A DNA stretch of 59,966 nucleotides from Minisyncoccota bacterium (GTDB lineage: Bacteria > Patescibacteriota > Minisyncoccia > Phycocordibacterales > CAIRYW01): assembly GCA_041665985.1 (NCBI GenBank), contig JBAYHV010000001.1, positions 1 to 59,966 of the forward strand, given 5' to 3'. The first letter of the stretch is position 1. Every line of letters starts with the position of its first letter. The notes beneath the pieces were generated by a model that was not told where the DNA came from, searched no databases, and was given only the letters and a program-made list of their open reading frames with translations. Positions 42,946-52,954 of the stretch are shown one piece after another. Both the position numbers and the translations under genes were made by a program.

Positions 42946-45282
42946 ATGAGTTCCTCAAAAAGTAAAAAAACTGTCGCAAAAAAGGAAGAAGTTTTTGTTT
43001 CAAAAGTTCAAAAGAGAGATGGATCGATTGTACCTTTTAATACAGAGAAAGTAGTTTCTGCTGTATACAAATCTATGATCGCATCTGGGGAAGGCTCTCT
43101 TAAAGAAGCAGAAATGGTGGCAAATAAGGTTTTTGCTGATGTTGTAAAGATCGCAAAAAAATACAAAAACTTTGTTCCAACAGTTGAAGGAATTCAAGAT
43201 AGTGTTGAGAAGGAACTCATTTTAGGTGAATACGTAAAAACAGCGAAGGCTTACATTCTTTATCGCGATAAACGATCAAAACTCCGTGAAAAAGGACTAC
43301 AGGTTCCTGAACATTTAAAAAAATTAGTGGGTGCTAGTAAAAAATATTTCCGAACAGAGCTTGGAGAATTTATGTACTACCGAACTTATTCAAAATGGAT
43401 CGACGCAGAACAAAGAAGGGAGACTTGGATTGAAACTGTAAATCGCTACATGGCTTTCATGAAGGAAAATCTTGGCGATAAATTAAAAGAAAGCGAGTAC
43501 AAGGAAGTTGAAGAAACAATTTTGAAACAAGACGCTCTTCCTTCAATGAGACTTTTGCAATTTGCAGGAACAGCAGCAGCAAAAACAAATGTTTGCGCAT
43601 ACAATTGTTCATTCGTTGCACCAGAATGTTTTCAAGATCTTGCAGAAATAATGTACATCCTAATGTGCGGAACTGGCGCAGGATTTTCTGTTGAGAGTCA
43701 AAATGTTCAAAAGTTTCCACAAATTTTAATTCAATCAGGAGCAAAAAAATCTACATATGAAATTCCTGATAGTAAAGAAGGATGGGCTGATGCTTTAACT
43801 CACGGCATGAATGTTTGGGCAAGCGGAAAGGATGTTGAATTTGATTTTTCCAAATTGCGTCCAGCGGGAGCAAGACTAAAAACTATGGGAGGAAAATCAT
43901 CTGGCCCTGATCCGATCAGAAAACTTCTTACATTTACAAGAGAAAAAATGTTAACTCGCCAAGGAAAGAGGCTTCGCAACATCGATGTTCACGATATTAT
44001 TTGTATGATCGGTGAATGCGTTGTTTCAGGAGGCGTACGACGAAGTGCTCTTATTTCACTTTCTGATCTTGATGACAATGACATCAGAGATGCTAAAAAA
44101 GGCGCATTTTATAATACAGAACCTCAAAGAATGCTTTCAAACAACTCTGCAGTCTATATTCAAAAGCCAACAGCGGCTGAATTTATGGATGAATGGATCG
44201 CTTTGATGAAATCCGGAACAGGAGAAAGAGGCATTTTCAACAGAGGATCACTCGCAAAAACATTGCCAGAAAGAAGAATTAAGGTTTTGAAAGAAACCGA
44301 AGGATATTTTGATGCAACAGGAACAACTATTATCGGTTCTATTGGAACAAACCCTTGCGGAGAAATTATTCTTCAATCAAAACAATTTTGTAACTTAACA
44401 AACGTTGTTGCACGAGCAGAAGACACAAAAGAATCATTGCTTCGTAAAATTAGAGTTGCAACAATTATTGGAACATATCAATCAACTCTTACAAATTTTC
44501 CCTATTTATCAAAAAGATGGAAAGAAAATTGTGAAAAAGAAAGACTATTAGGAATTGGACTAGCAGGACAATGGGATAACGACATGGTAAGAAAACCACA
44601 GATCCTTGAAACTCTAAAACTAGAAACAATAAAAATAAATAAAATTTATGCAAAAAGATTCGGAGTAAACGAATCAACAGCGATAACTTGCGTAAAACCA
44701 GATGGAAACTCTTCACAAACTTTTGATTTCTCATCAGGAATGCACCCTCGTTATTCAAAATATTATATTCGAAGAATTAGAATTGCAGCAACAGATTCAC
44801 TTTTCAAAATGTTGAAGGATCAAGGAATTCCATATTTCCCAGAAGTTGGACAAAATGCTGAGAGCGCAACAACTTATGTTTTGGAATTTCCAGTTAAGGC
44901 TCCAGCGGGTTCGATCTTCAAAGATGATCTAACAGCTCTTGATCAACTTGAACACTGGAAAGTTGTGAAAGTAAATTACACAGAGCACAATCCTTCAGTA
45001 ACAATTTCAATTGGCGAGAATGAATGGATAGAAGTAGCAAACTGGATCTACACAAACTGGGATATCGTTGGAGGTCTTTCATTCCTTCCTCGAGAAAATC
45101 ACGTTTATCAACTTGCTCCATACGAAAAAATTGATGAAAAAAGATATTTAGAACTTTCTAAAAAACTAAAGAATCTAGATTACTCAAAGATTATGATCTA
45201 CGAAAAGAAGGACGAAACTGAAGTAAAAAGGGAATTAGCGTGTGTTTCTGGAGTTTGTGAGATAGATGAGATTCCAAAATAG
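42946..45282 (+). CDS. nrdJ: Class II (adenosylcobalamin-dependent) ribonucleotide reductase with an N-terminal ATP-cone
   Basis: ATP-cone VQKRDGSIVPFN.EK. Also NPCGEI, and a C-terminal Cys pair (CVSGVCE). Confidence 0.88.
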   Translation: MSSSKSKKTVAKKEEVFVSKVQKRDGSIVPFNTEKVVSAVYKSMIASGEGSLKEAEMVANKVFADVVKIAKKYKNFVPTVEGIQDSVEKELILGEYVKTAKAYILYRDKRSKLREKGLQVPEHLKKLVGASKKYFRTELGEFMYYRTYSKWIDAEQRRETWIETVNRYMAFMKENLGDKLKESEYKEVEETILKQDALPSMRLLQFAGTAAAKTNVCAYNCSFVAPECFQDLAEIMYILMCGTGAGFSVESQNVQKFPQILIQSGAKKSTYEIPDSKEGWADALTHGMNVWASGKDVEFDFSKLRPAGARLKTMGGKSSGPDPIRKLLTFTREKMLTRQGKRLRNIDVHDIICMIGECVVSGGVRRSALISLSDLDDNDIRDAKKGAFYNTEPQRMLSNNSAVYIQKPTAAEFMDEWIALMKSGTGERGIFNRGSLAKTLPERRIKVLKETEGYFDATGTTIIGSIGTNPCGEIILQSKQFCNLTNVVARAEDTKESLLRKIRVATIIGTYQSTLTNFPYLSKRWKENCEKERLLGIGLAGQWDNDMVRKPQILETLKLETIKINKIYAKRFGVNESTAITCVKPDGNSSQTFDFSSGMHPRYSKYYIRRIRIAATDSLFKMLKDQGIPYFPEVGQNAESATTYVLEFPVKAPAGSIFKDDLTALDQLEHWKVVKVNYTEHNPSVTISIGENEWIEVANWIYTNWDIVGGLSFLPRENHVYQLAPYEKIDEKRYLELSKKLKNLDYSKIMIYEKKDETEVKRELACVSGVCEIDEIPK

Positions 45283-45363
45283 TAGGTCGTGTTAAGAGGT
45301 CTTGTTTATGATATTATTATAGATATAGATTTTGAGACGAATGTAAAGTATTGAAAAAAATAG

Positions 45364-45460
45364 ATTCGTTATATTGGGGAAGTCTGGTGTAAATCCAGCA
45401 CAGTACCGCTACGGTAACCTTGAATTTTTTAAGGAAGTCCGAGTACCAATATAATGAGAA
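45364..45460 (+). promoter_or_regulatory. Cobalamin (B12) riboswitch
   Basis: GGGGAAgtcTGGTGtAAATCCAgCACAGtACCGCtACGGTAAcc...GGAAGTCCGAgtACC (B12-box-like). P1 is ttatattgg/ccaatataa. Confidence 0.8.
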
Positions 45461-45530
45461 AATTGTCTTGTCGATCCTCGAGTAAGGGATGGCGGAAACC
45501 TAAAAGTATTTAAAACTTTTGATATCCTAA

Positions 45531-45555
45531 CCCCTCTCACCCGAGAGGGGTTTTT
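45531..45555 (+). terminator. Riboswitch expression-platform terminator, ending 6 nt before ATG 45562
   Basis: cccctctc/gagagggg stem plus T5. Confidence 0.7.
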
Positions 45556-45561
45556 GGTATT

Positions 45562-47388
45562 ATGGAAACAAAATTTTCAACAACAGAATATGAATTTGAT
45601 TTGGAAAAATCAATAGAAGGCGAAATTAGGCCTGATAATTTTGAAATACCTAAACCTATAGAGCAAACAAATGAATTCACTCAAAGTACTGAAAGTAGTA
45701 CAAAATCTGGTTTACAGCTGGTTGTGGAAAAATATGCCATAAAAGAAGAAGATTGGAATATGACATGGAGCGGTGGAGGAGAAAGATTTGAAAAAGGAGA
45801 AATTTTTGATGAAAATGGTTCTATTACAGAAAAAATTTCGCAAGAAAACTCAGCTGATAACGCAATGTTAATAGCGCATTTTGAAATGGTGGATCATTTT
45901 AAAAGTAATTCCACTGAAGGATATGTATTGCCAGACTGGACTGTGAAATCAGAAACAGGAGAAATTCTTGAAGTAAATGTTACTGTCGCTTTTCTTGTGG
46001 ATGGTAGAATTTATTACGAAACATGGACGCATACGGCCGAACAAAAAGAATCAGAAGAGGATGAATTAATAAAAGAAGAGACAGATTCAGATGAGGTTTT
46101 AGCAGATCAAGAAATAGATTTAAATAATACAGAAGATCCTATTGTTGAGGATGAAATTGAATCAATCGAACCAGTGCTAGTTATTGCTACAGATAAAGAA
46201 ATTCAAGCTCAATCAGTAGCACAGGAAAAAACTGAAACTCTAGTCACAGAACAAATTCTTAGAAACACTGAGTCTCAAATTATAAATTCTGTTTCTGTTG
46301 AAAATACCCATATCAATGTGCAAGAAATAAACAATGTAGCACGGATTGAGATAATCATAGATGAGAATGAAAAAACAAATGATCCTATAGATAAAAATGA
46401 GACCATCGAACTAGTATCGGACATAAATTCACAGCCAGAGGTAGAAACAGAACTTGTTGTTACGGAACCAAAAATAGTTCCAGAGGATAAGCAAACCGAA
46501 GCAGCACCAATTAATAAAAAAGAAATTGTTGAAAGTGTTCACACTGAAACAGTGGTAAAAGAAACTGTTAAGGAAGTACAGACAAAAAAAGTAGAATCAA
46601 AAATTGCTGAAGAAAAAATATTGGACAAAGAGTTTGATGTAAAAGTAGTAGATGAAACAAAAGAAGTACACTTTGAAAGAAAAGAAACAGATAAAGAAAT
46701 TAAAGAAGTTTCCTCCGAAATTATTTCAGAGATCTTTTCATCAGAAAAAAGACCAACTGATGCAAGTTCTCAAAAAGAAGAAAAAGAGGCAGTTCAAATA
46801 AGAGAAGCTTCAAATAAAGAAATCAAAAAAGAAGAGAGACCTCAAACTGACAAAGCGATCGAATCGCCTTATGTTGAAGATATTAAAATAGTCCTAGAAG
46901 TAACTTCTTCTAAAATTGAGAGTGCAAATATAAAAACAGAAATTAATGAAAATCCTGCAATAAATGTCGATAAGAGTATAAAAAATGAAGTGGAAGCAAA
47001 AAAAGATATTTCAAATACTGAAAAGAAGGCATCCGAAACTAATTCATCTGAAATTGTAGAAACTTCGCCTAGAACAGTTGAAAATATCGATGAAAAAACT
47101 GTTTCTTCGATAGTTTTAGCTGAATCCAGAACACAAACAAATGAAGCCATAAGAATAAGAACAAATAGGGAGGAAGTTCAAAAAACTTCAAACCAAAACG
47201 AGTCATTCCTAAGAGCTCTTGGATTGCATAGATCGCAAAACCAAACAGAAAGGAGAGCAAGACCTTTTTATCAAACAAACACATCAAATCAACCTGCAAA
47301 TAAACAATCAAAAACTATTGTCGAAGAAAAAATAATTCCTTCAACCACAAATGCATTAAACGGTATTACTTTGAAAAGAGCTGCATAG
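45562..47388 (+). CDS. Uncharacterised 608-aa highly acidic protein (globular ~170-aa N-terminal domain, then a long E/K/T/V/I-rich low-complexity region)
   Basis: A 1.8-kb uninterrupted ORF in AT-rich DNA. No signal peptide or TM helix and no recognisable family. Lies directly downstream of the cobalamin riboswitch. Confidence 0.7.
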   Translation: METKFSTTEYEFDLEKSIEGEIRPDNFEIPKPIEQTNEFTQSTESSTKSGLQLVVEKYAIKEEDWNMTWSGGGERFEKGEIFDENGSITEKISQENSADNAMLIAHFEMVDHFKSNSTEGYVLPDWTVKSETGEILEVNVTVAFLVDGRIYYETWTHTAEQKESEEDELIKEETDSDEVLADQEIDLNNTEDPIVEDEIESIEPVLVIATDKEIQAQSVAQEKTETLVTEQILRNTESQIINSVSVENTHINVQEINNVARIEIIIDENEKTNDPIDKNETIELVSDINSQPEVETELVVTEPKIVPEDKQTEAAPINKKEIVESVHTETVVKETVKEVQTKKVESKIAEEKILDKEFDVKVVDETKEVHFERKETDKEIKEVSSEIISEIFSSEKRPTDASSQKEEKEAVQIREASNKEIKKEERPQTDKAIESPYVEDIKIVLEVTSSKIESANIKTEINENPAINVDKSIKNEVEAKKDISNTEKKASETNSSEIVETSPRTVENIDEKTVSSIVLAESRTQTNEAIRIRTNREEVQKTSNQNESFLRALGLHRSQNQTERRARPFYQTNTSNQPANKQSKTIVEEKIIPSTTNALNGITLKRAA

Positions 47389-47401
47389 ATGCTAATTATT
47401 T

Positions 47402-49063
47402 ATGAATAACTTCAACAAAATTGAATATTACGATCTAAAAGATGAATCCTTGCAAGGAAGATTACCTGATGTTGTTGGCCGAAGTGAAGAAATTGAACGT
47501 ATTAATCGTGTAATAAATAGACGAATAAATAATAATATTCTTTTAATGGGGCCAAGCGGAATAGGTAAAACAACTCTTGTATATGGCTGGATCAAAAAAA
47601 TTAGCAAAGAAAAAAAATACGATCATCTTAAATTCATTCAATTTGACTCAGGTCATTTATTAAATTTAATAAATTCTGGCGAACAGGACAGCGAACTTTC
47701 TTATGTGCTAAATCAATTACCAGCATGCATCTTGTTTATTGATAATTTTGGAAGAATTGCAAATAATAATATTAGTTTAGTAAATTATATGGCAAAAATA
47801 TATAATTTATTACTCAAAAAGCCTGAAATAAGAATAGTCCTTACTCTTGAACCTCATGAATATTCTTGGATAGAAAGGGAGTATCCATCATTTATAAAAT
47901 TATTTGAATCTATTGCAGTAAAAGAACAGAGCATGAATGATTATGTTCATATTCTTGAAAAAAAACTGCCGTATCTTAATCAAACCAGTCACATTATTGT
48001 ACCAACGGAAACTATTAAGGAAATTATCTCTCTTGCAAAACGTTTTCCAAATCTAGGACAACTGCCTCAATCTGGTATAAGTATATTGGATGAATCAATT
48101 GCTTTTGCAGTTTCAAATGAACAAAAAGTTTTATCTGAAAATATTGTTGCTGGTATTATTTCAAGCAAGGTAGGCATACCAAAAACACAACTAAATCATG
48201 ATGAAATAGGAATATTGAATGATCTTGAAAATACTCTTAATCAGCACATCATCAGTCAAAAAAATGCAATTGCAAAGATCACAAAAACTTTACAAAGAGC
48301 AAAGCTTGGTATCAAAAATCAAAATAGGCCTTTGGGATCTTTCTTGATACTTGGACCGTCTGGAGTTGGAAAAACAGAAACAGCAAAAATAATTGCCCAG
48401 ACTTTTTTTGGCCGTTCTGAAAGTTTTATTAGGTTTGATATGTCTGAATTTGGACAAGATCACACCGTCCAGCGCCTAATAGGAGCTCCTGCAGGCTATA
48501 TTGGATACGAAGGAGGAGGAGCGCTTACAAACGCCCTTAAAAAGGAGCCGCACAGCCTTATATTGCTAGATGAAATAGAAAAGGCGCATCCAAAGGTATT
48601 TGATATTTTTCTTCAAGTTCTTGATGATGGACGCTTAACCTCTGGTCAAAATGAGACCGTTGATGCCCGCAATTCAATAATAATGGCAACATCTAATATT
48701 GGGGTGCAAGACATTGTCAAAGAATTTGAATTGGGAGCGGATCTTTCAGATGAATCATTTATTCAGGAAAAAATAATTCCCGCTTTAGAAAAAGTATTTA
48801 GATTGGAATTCATAAATAGATTTGATAGTATAATTATTTTTAACCCTCTAACTCTTGACGGTCTTGTTGAAATTGCTCTACTTGAAATTAAAAAAGTGGA
48901 AAAACGCTTAGCTAAACATAAAGTTCAATTTGATATAGACCCGAGCGTACTTCAAAATAAGATCAAGGATCTAGTTGATCTGCGTTTTGGAGCGCGTCCA
49001 GTAAAAAGATTTATTGAGGAAACCTGTGAATCATTATTAGCGCAATCTCTTTTGAACAAATAA
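47402..49063 (+). CDS. Clp/Hsp100-family AAA+ ATPase, reduced (no N-domain or M-domain; degenerate first Walker B)
   Basis: NBD1: VVGRSEEIERI..., GPSGIGKTT, but FIDNF where DE would be expected. NBD2 is intact: GPSGVGKTE, LLDEIEKAH, ATSN, GARP..R. Confidence 0.8.
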   Translation: MNNFNKIEYYDLKDESLQGRLPDVVGRSEEIERINRVINRRINNNILLMGPSGIGKTTLVYGWIKKISKEKKYDHLKFIQFDSGHLLNLINSGEQDSELSYVLNQLPACILFIDNFGRIANNNISLVNYMAKIYNLLLKKPEIRIVLTLEPHEYSWIEREYPSFIKLFESIAVKEQSMNDYVHILEKKLPYLNQTSHIIVPTETIKEIISLAKRFPNLGQLPQSGISILDESIAFAVSNEQKVLSENIVAGIISSKVGIPKTQLNHDEIGILNDLENTLNQHIISQKNAIAKITKTLQRAKLGIKNQNRPLGSFLILGPSGVGKTETAKIIAQTFFGRSESFIRFDMSEFGQDHTVQRLIGAPAGYIGYEGGGALTNALKKEPHSLILLDEIEKAHPKVFDIFLQVLDDGRLTSGQNETVDARNSIIMATSNIGVQDIVKEFELGADLSDESFIQEKIIPALEKVFRLEFINRFDSIIIFNPLTLDGLVEIALLEIKKVEKRLAKHKVQFDIDPSVLQNKIKDLVDLRFGARPVKRFIEETCESLLAQSLLNK

Positions 49064-49262
49064 AAATATGAATCTCGTTAGAGAAGTTTTGTTTGGAATT
49101 AGAGAAATATATTAGAAAAAATAAACAATGACAATTTCTTACATAAAATCGAATATACTACGGAAACGCCAGATATTACCAATATTTTCATATATTATAA
49201 TGAGTCGTAATTTAACAGATTTAAATTTTGGAACCGCTTAGGCGCTTCCTTTCTCTAACAGG

Positions 49263-49580
49263 ATGAATAAAAAAGAGATCCTACAAAAAAATGAACTACT
49301 GCGGACAAATAATACTGAATCAACAGTAAGCATTTCTGCTTTATCATTAGATCAAGTCGAAAGTGTATACGCTGAAAGAAAAAATATGCTTTCTGGTATT
49401 GAAATGTATATCAATCCGCATTTTCAATCAATATTAAGAATAAAAATAAATAATGAAAGAAAACAACTGCTCGACATACTCGCAGCAAATACAAAGAAAA
49501 CACATGTAGTCGAAAAACCAGCACAAATTTTAGATGATAGATACTTTATACAAAAACATTTAGATCAAAACATTTTTTAA
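49263..49580 (+). CDS. Hypothetical 105-aa protein
   Basis: ORF immediately upstream (4-nt gap) of the TraG/VirD4-like ATPase. Confidence 0.45.
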   Translation: MNKKEILQKNELLRTNNTESTVSISALSLDQVESVYAERKNMLSGIEMYINPHFQSILRIKINNERKQLLDILAANTKKTHVVEKPAQILDDRYFIQKHLDQNIF

Positions 49581-49584
49581 ATTT

Positions 49585-50865
49585 ATGACATCAGTAAACA
49601 TAGGAATAAATGAATACCGTGGCAACAAAAGATCGATCGGATATCAGGACCAAGACAGATTGCGTCATATGTACATGATCGGAAAAACTGGAGTTGGTAA
49701 ATCTACTATTTTTCAAAATATGTGCCTGCAAGATATCAAAAATTCACAAGGAGTGTGCTTTATTGATCCCCATGGAGAATCAATTGATTGGCTACTTCAG
49801 CATATACCTAAAGAAAGATTAGAAGACGTTGTTTTGTTTGATCCAAGTGATACCGAATTTCCTTTTGGATTAAATTTACTTGAAGCAAAAGATGAGCAAG
49901 AAAAAGATTTTTTGGTCAGTGAATGTATCCAAATTTTCTATAAATTATTTGATCCAGAAAAAAGCGGTATCATTGGCCCTCAATTTGAGCATTGGCTTAG
50001 AAACGCTGCTTTGACGGTAATGGCAGGTCCAAGTGGAGGAAGTATCATTGAAATACCGAAATTATTTGTTGATCAGGAATTTTTAATGAACAAACGGAAG
50101 TATTTGACCGACCCGCTTGTTATTGATTTTTGGACAAAACAAATGGCTAAGACATCGGATTTTCATAAAAGTGAAATGCTAAATTACTTTATGTCTAAAT
50201 TTGGATATTTCATGAACAATAAGTTAATGCGGAATATTATTGGACAGCATTCGAGCAGTTTCAAATTTGACAGTTTAATGGATAGCAATAAAATACTTTT
50301 AGTTAATCTTTCAAAAGGAAAAATCGGAGAAGTAAGCGCTCACATGCTTGGATTAATTTTGGTATCAAAATTACAAGCAGCAATTTTAAAGAGGGCAAAC
50401 AGGCCACAAGATGAACGTCTGCCTTTTTATCTTTATGTTGATGAATTTCAAAACTTTACGACTGATTCATTCATTAGTTTACTCAGTGAATCGCGAAAAT
50501 ATGGCCTAGGAGTGCACATTACCAATCAATATCTTGCACAATTGCCTAGCACTATAAAAGACGCTGTATTAGGCAACGTAGGAACTATCCTTTCATTTGA
50601 AGTGGGGGTTGAAGACGCTCAAATATTAGCAAAAGAATTTGAGCCAATAACAATTAATGATTTTTTGGGTCTGCAAAGATTTAATTTTTACATAAAGCTT
50701 ATGATCAACGGAAAGACAAGTAATGTATTTTCTGGAATTAGCATTCCTCCAGAACAAATCCAAAAAAATACAGCTCCAAAAGAAGCAATAATTTCGTTGA
50801 ATCGATTATCCTATGGATCGCCTCAATTGCTTGTTGACGAAAAAATCAAAAATTATCTAGAATAA
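49585..50865 (+). CDS. TraG/TraD/VirD4-like (coupling-protein-type) P-loop NTPase, soluble
   Basis: GKTGVGKST Walker A, FIDPHGE, YLYVDEFQNF Walker B, SESRKYGL..H..NQ. Confidence 0.65.
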   Translation: MTSVNIGINEYRGNKRSIGYQDQDRLRHMYMIGKTGVGKSTIFQNMCLQDIKNSQGVCFIDPHGESIDWLLQHIPKERLEDVVLFDPSDTEFPFGLNLLEAKDEQEKDFLVSECIQIFYKLFDPEKSGIIGPQFEHWLRNAALTVMAGPSGGSIIEIPKLFVDQEFLMNKRKYLTDPLVIDFWTKQMAKTSDFHKSEMLNYFMSKFGYFMNNKLMRNIIGQHSSSFKFDSLMDSNKILLVNLSKGKIGEVSAHMLGLILVSKLQAAILKRANRPQDERLPFYLYVDEFQNFTTDSFISLLSESRKYGLGVHITNQYLAQLPSTIKDAVLGNVGTILSFEVGVEDAQILAKEFEPITINDFLGLQRFNFYIKLMINGKTSNVFSGISIPPEQIQKNTAPKEAIISLNRLSYGSPQLLVDEKIKNYLE

Positions 50866-50878
50866 TTGATAAAGCTCT

Positions 50879-50903
50879 GGATCCCCATTTCCACGGGGAT
50901 GAC
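50879..50903 (-). repeat. Diverged REP-like palindrome (ggatccccatttccacggggatgac)
   Basis: Stem atcccc/ggggat; compensatory variant of the attccc/gggaat family. Confidence 0.55.
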
Positions 50904-50916
50904 AGCAAGGAAACAA

Positions 50917-51501
50917 ATGAAAAACTACATAGAAATAATAAAAAAAGGAGGAATCGGAGTAATGCCAACTGACACAATTTTAGGCATTATTGGCAGTGCC
51001 TTTTCAAAAAAAGCTGTAAAAAGGATCTATGAGGTCAGAGGGCGCGATAAAAACAAGCCCTTAATAATTCTTATTGAAAATATATCTGAACTAAAAAAAT
51101 TCGGTATAAAAAATATTCCAGAAAAAGAATTAAAGAAAATATGGCCAAATAAGGTCTCAATAATTTTTGAAGCAAAAAGTACAAAATTTAAATATTTGCA
51201 TAGAGACACAAATACCCTGTGCTTTAGAATGCCAAAAAATAAATTTATTCAAAGTATTCTCAAAAAAACAGGTCCATTGGTAGCACCCAGTGCCAATCCA
51301 CAAGGAAAACCTTTTGCAAAAAATATAACTGAGGCCAAAAAATACTTTGGAGATAAAGTTGATTTTTTTATTAAAAATAATTCAAAAAATACAACTTCCT
51401 CTACAATTCTAAAATATTTATCAAAGGAAAAAGTATTTGAATTGGTAAGGGAAGGAGATGTAACAGAGAATGGACTTAGGTCAAAAATCCTGATAAAATA
51501 A
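50917..51501 (+). CDS. tsaC: L-threonylcarbamoyladenylate synthase (YrdC/TsaC)
   Basis: GGIGVMPTDTILG, Y..RGRDKNKPL and APSANP motifs. ATG 50917 is preferred over TTG 50866, which would read through the palindrome. Confidence 0.85.
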   Translation: MKNYIEIIKKGGIGVMPTDTILGIIGSAFSKKAVKRIYEVRGRDKNKPLIILIENISELKKFGIKNIPEKELKKIWPNKVSIIFEAKSTKFKYLHRDTNTLCFRMPKNKFIQSILKKTGPLVAPSANPQGKPFAKNITEAKKYFGDKVDFFIKNNSKNTTSSTILKYLSKEKVFELVREGDVTENGLRSKILIK

Positions 51502-51509
51502 GCCTTAAT

Positions 51510-52202
51510 ATGAAAAAAAAAGACCGAGCTCCAATAGTTATTTCCCTTGGAGGTTCTCTTATTGTTCCGGAAGCAATTGACACTGATTTTATAAAAAAGT
51601 TTAAAGCAATTATAGATAAAGAGGTTGGTCTCGGAAAAAGATTTATTATTATTTGCGGAGGAGGAAGAATCGCTCGAAACTACCAAATTGCAGGACAAAA
51701 AATAACCAAACTTAGATCAGCTGATATCGATTGGCTGGGAATCCACTCAACACGTCTTAATTCTCAACTGATTAAGACTATTTTTTTGCCTAAAGTTGAG
51801 GAAATTGTAGTTCATGATCCTCATGAAAAAATTACATTTAAAAAATCAATTTTGGTAGCCGCTGGATGGAAACCAGGGTGGTCAACTGACTATGATGCAA
51901 TTTTACTTGCAAAAAGATTTAAGGCGACAAAAGTAATTAATCTTTCAAACATTGATTATGTTTGTGATAAAGATCCCAAAAAACATTCAGATGCAAAAGT
52001 ACTATTAAATATTACATGGAAAGATTATAGAAAATTAATTCCTACTAAATGGTCTCCTGGATTAAGTTCTCCTTTTGATCCAATTGCTTCAAAGGAAGCC
52101 GAAAAATCAAATATTAAAGTGGCTGTAATTAGTGGAGAAAACCTAGACCAACTAGATAACTTCATATACGACAAACCCTTCGAGGGAACTTTGATATACT
52201 AA
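51510..52202 (+). CDS. pyrH: UMP kinase, archaeal-type (amino-acid kinase fold)
   Basis: ISLGGSLIVPE...D..FIK.F, ICGGGRIAR, G...STD, NIDYV...DP layout resembling archaeal PyrH. Confidence 0.7.
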   Translation: MKKKDRAPIVISLGGSLIVPEAIDTDFIKKFKAIIDKEVGLGKRFIIICGGGRIARNYQIAGQKITKLRSADIDWLGIHSTRLNSQLIKTIFLPKVEEIVVHDPHEKITFKKSILVAAGWKPGWSTDYDAILLAKRFKATKVINLSNIDYVCDKDPKKHSDAKVLLNITWKDYRKLIPTKWSPGLSSPFDPIASKEAEKSNIKVAVISGENLDQLDNFIYDKPFEGTLIY

Positions 52203-52206
52203 TAAC

Positions 52207-52527
52207 ATGTCTGAGCAACAAGAAAACCCCATAGAAAAAAGAATACCTACTAAAGGAGATCTAATAGAAGCTCTAAGATACGCGTCAACAAAAACTACCG
52301 GAGAAAAAAATCATGTTGTTGATAATGTCTATGCAAGACTAGAGACAGAATTTAATTTTGGTGAAGATGTTGGTTGGAACGATGAAAATATTTTAGATTT
52401 TAAATTAGCAACACAAAAACTTAAATTAATTGTTGATAAAAAAATAAAACAAATTTCTCCTGATTCAACAAAATTTATATGGGTAGCTGATGGTTCCGAA
52501 TATGATGGTAGAAAACTAATCAACTAA
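52207..52527 (+). CDS. Hypothetical 106-aa protein
   Basis: ORF only. Confidence 0.45.
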   Translation: MSEQQENPIEKRIPTKGDLIEALRYASTKTTGEKNHVVDNVYARLETEFNFGEDVGWNDENILDFKLATQKLKLIVDKKIKQISPDSTKFIWVADGSEYDGRKLIN

Positions 52528-52591
52528 TACAACTATTTTTTTATAAAAAAATCCTTTGATTTCGTAAATATTACTATGTTATAATTCAACA

Positions 52592-52948
52592 ATGAAAAGG
52601 GTAACAAAAAAAGAAATTTCAACTAACGAACTACTTAAAATAGTTACTAAGGGTTTTGATAAATCAAGTAAAGATTTAGGTGAATTGGCTAGAATGGTTG
52701 CAAAAGGTTTTGACGCAGCAAGTAAAGATTTAAATGATTTTAAATCTGACATGAATTCTTTTAAAGATGAGATGTATTCCTTCAAAGACGATATGTATTT
52801 GTTTAAAAAAGATACAGAAGAAAATTTTGAAAAAATAAGAGGAGATATTTTTAACCTTGGGGACAGATACGTCTCGAGATTTGATTTTGATAATCTACTT
52901 GTACGTTTTAGTCGTCTTGAACAAAAACTTCAGGGAAAGAAAAAATAA
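52592..52948 (+). CDS. Hypothetical coiled-coil protein with internal repeats
   Basis: Repeats KGFDKSSKDLGE / KGFDAASKDLND and SDMNSFKDEMYSFKDDMYLFKKD. Confidence 0.5.
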   Translation: MKRVTKKEISTNELLKIVTKGFDKSSKDLGELARMVAKGFDAASKDLNDFKSDMNSFKDEMYSFKDDMYLFKKDTEENFEKIRGDIFNLGDRYVSRFDFDNLLVRFSRLEQKLQGKKK

Positions 52949-52954
52949 TCAGGT

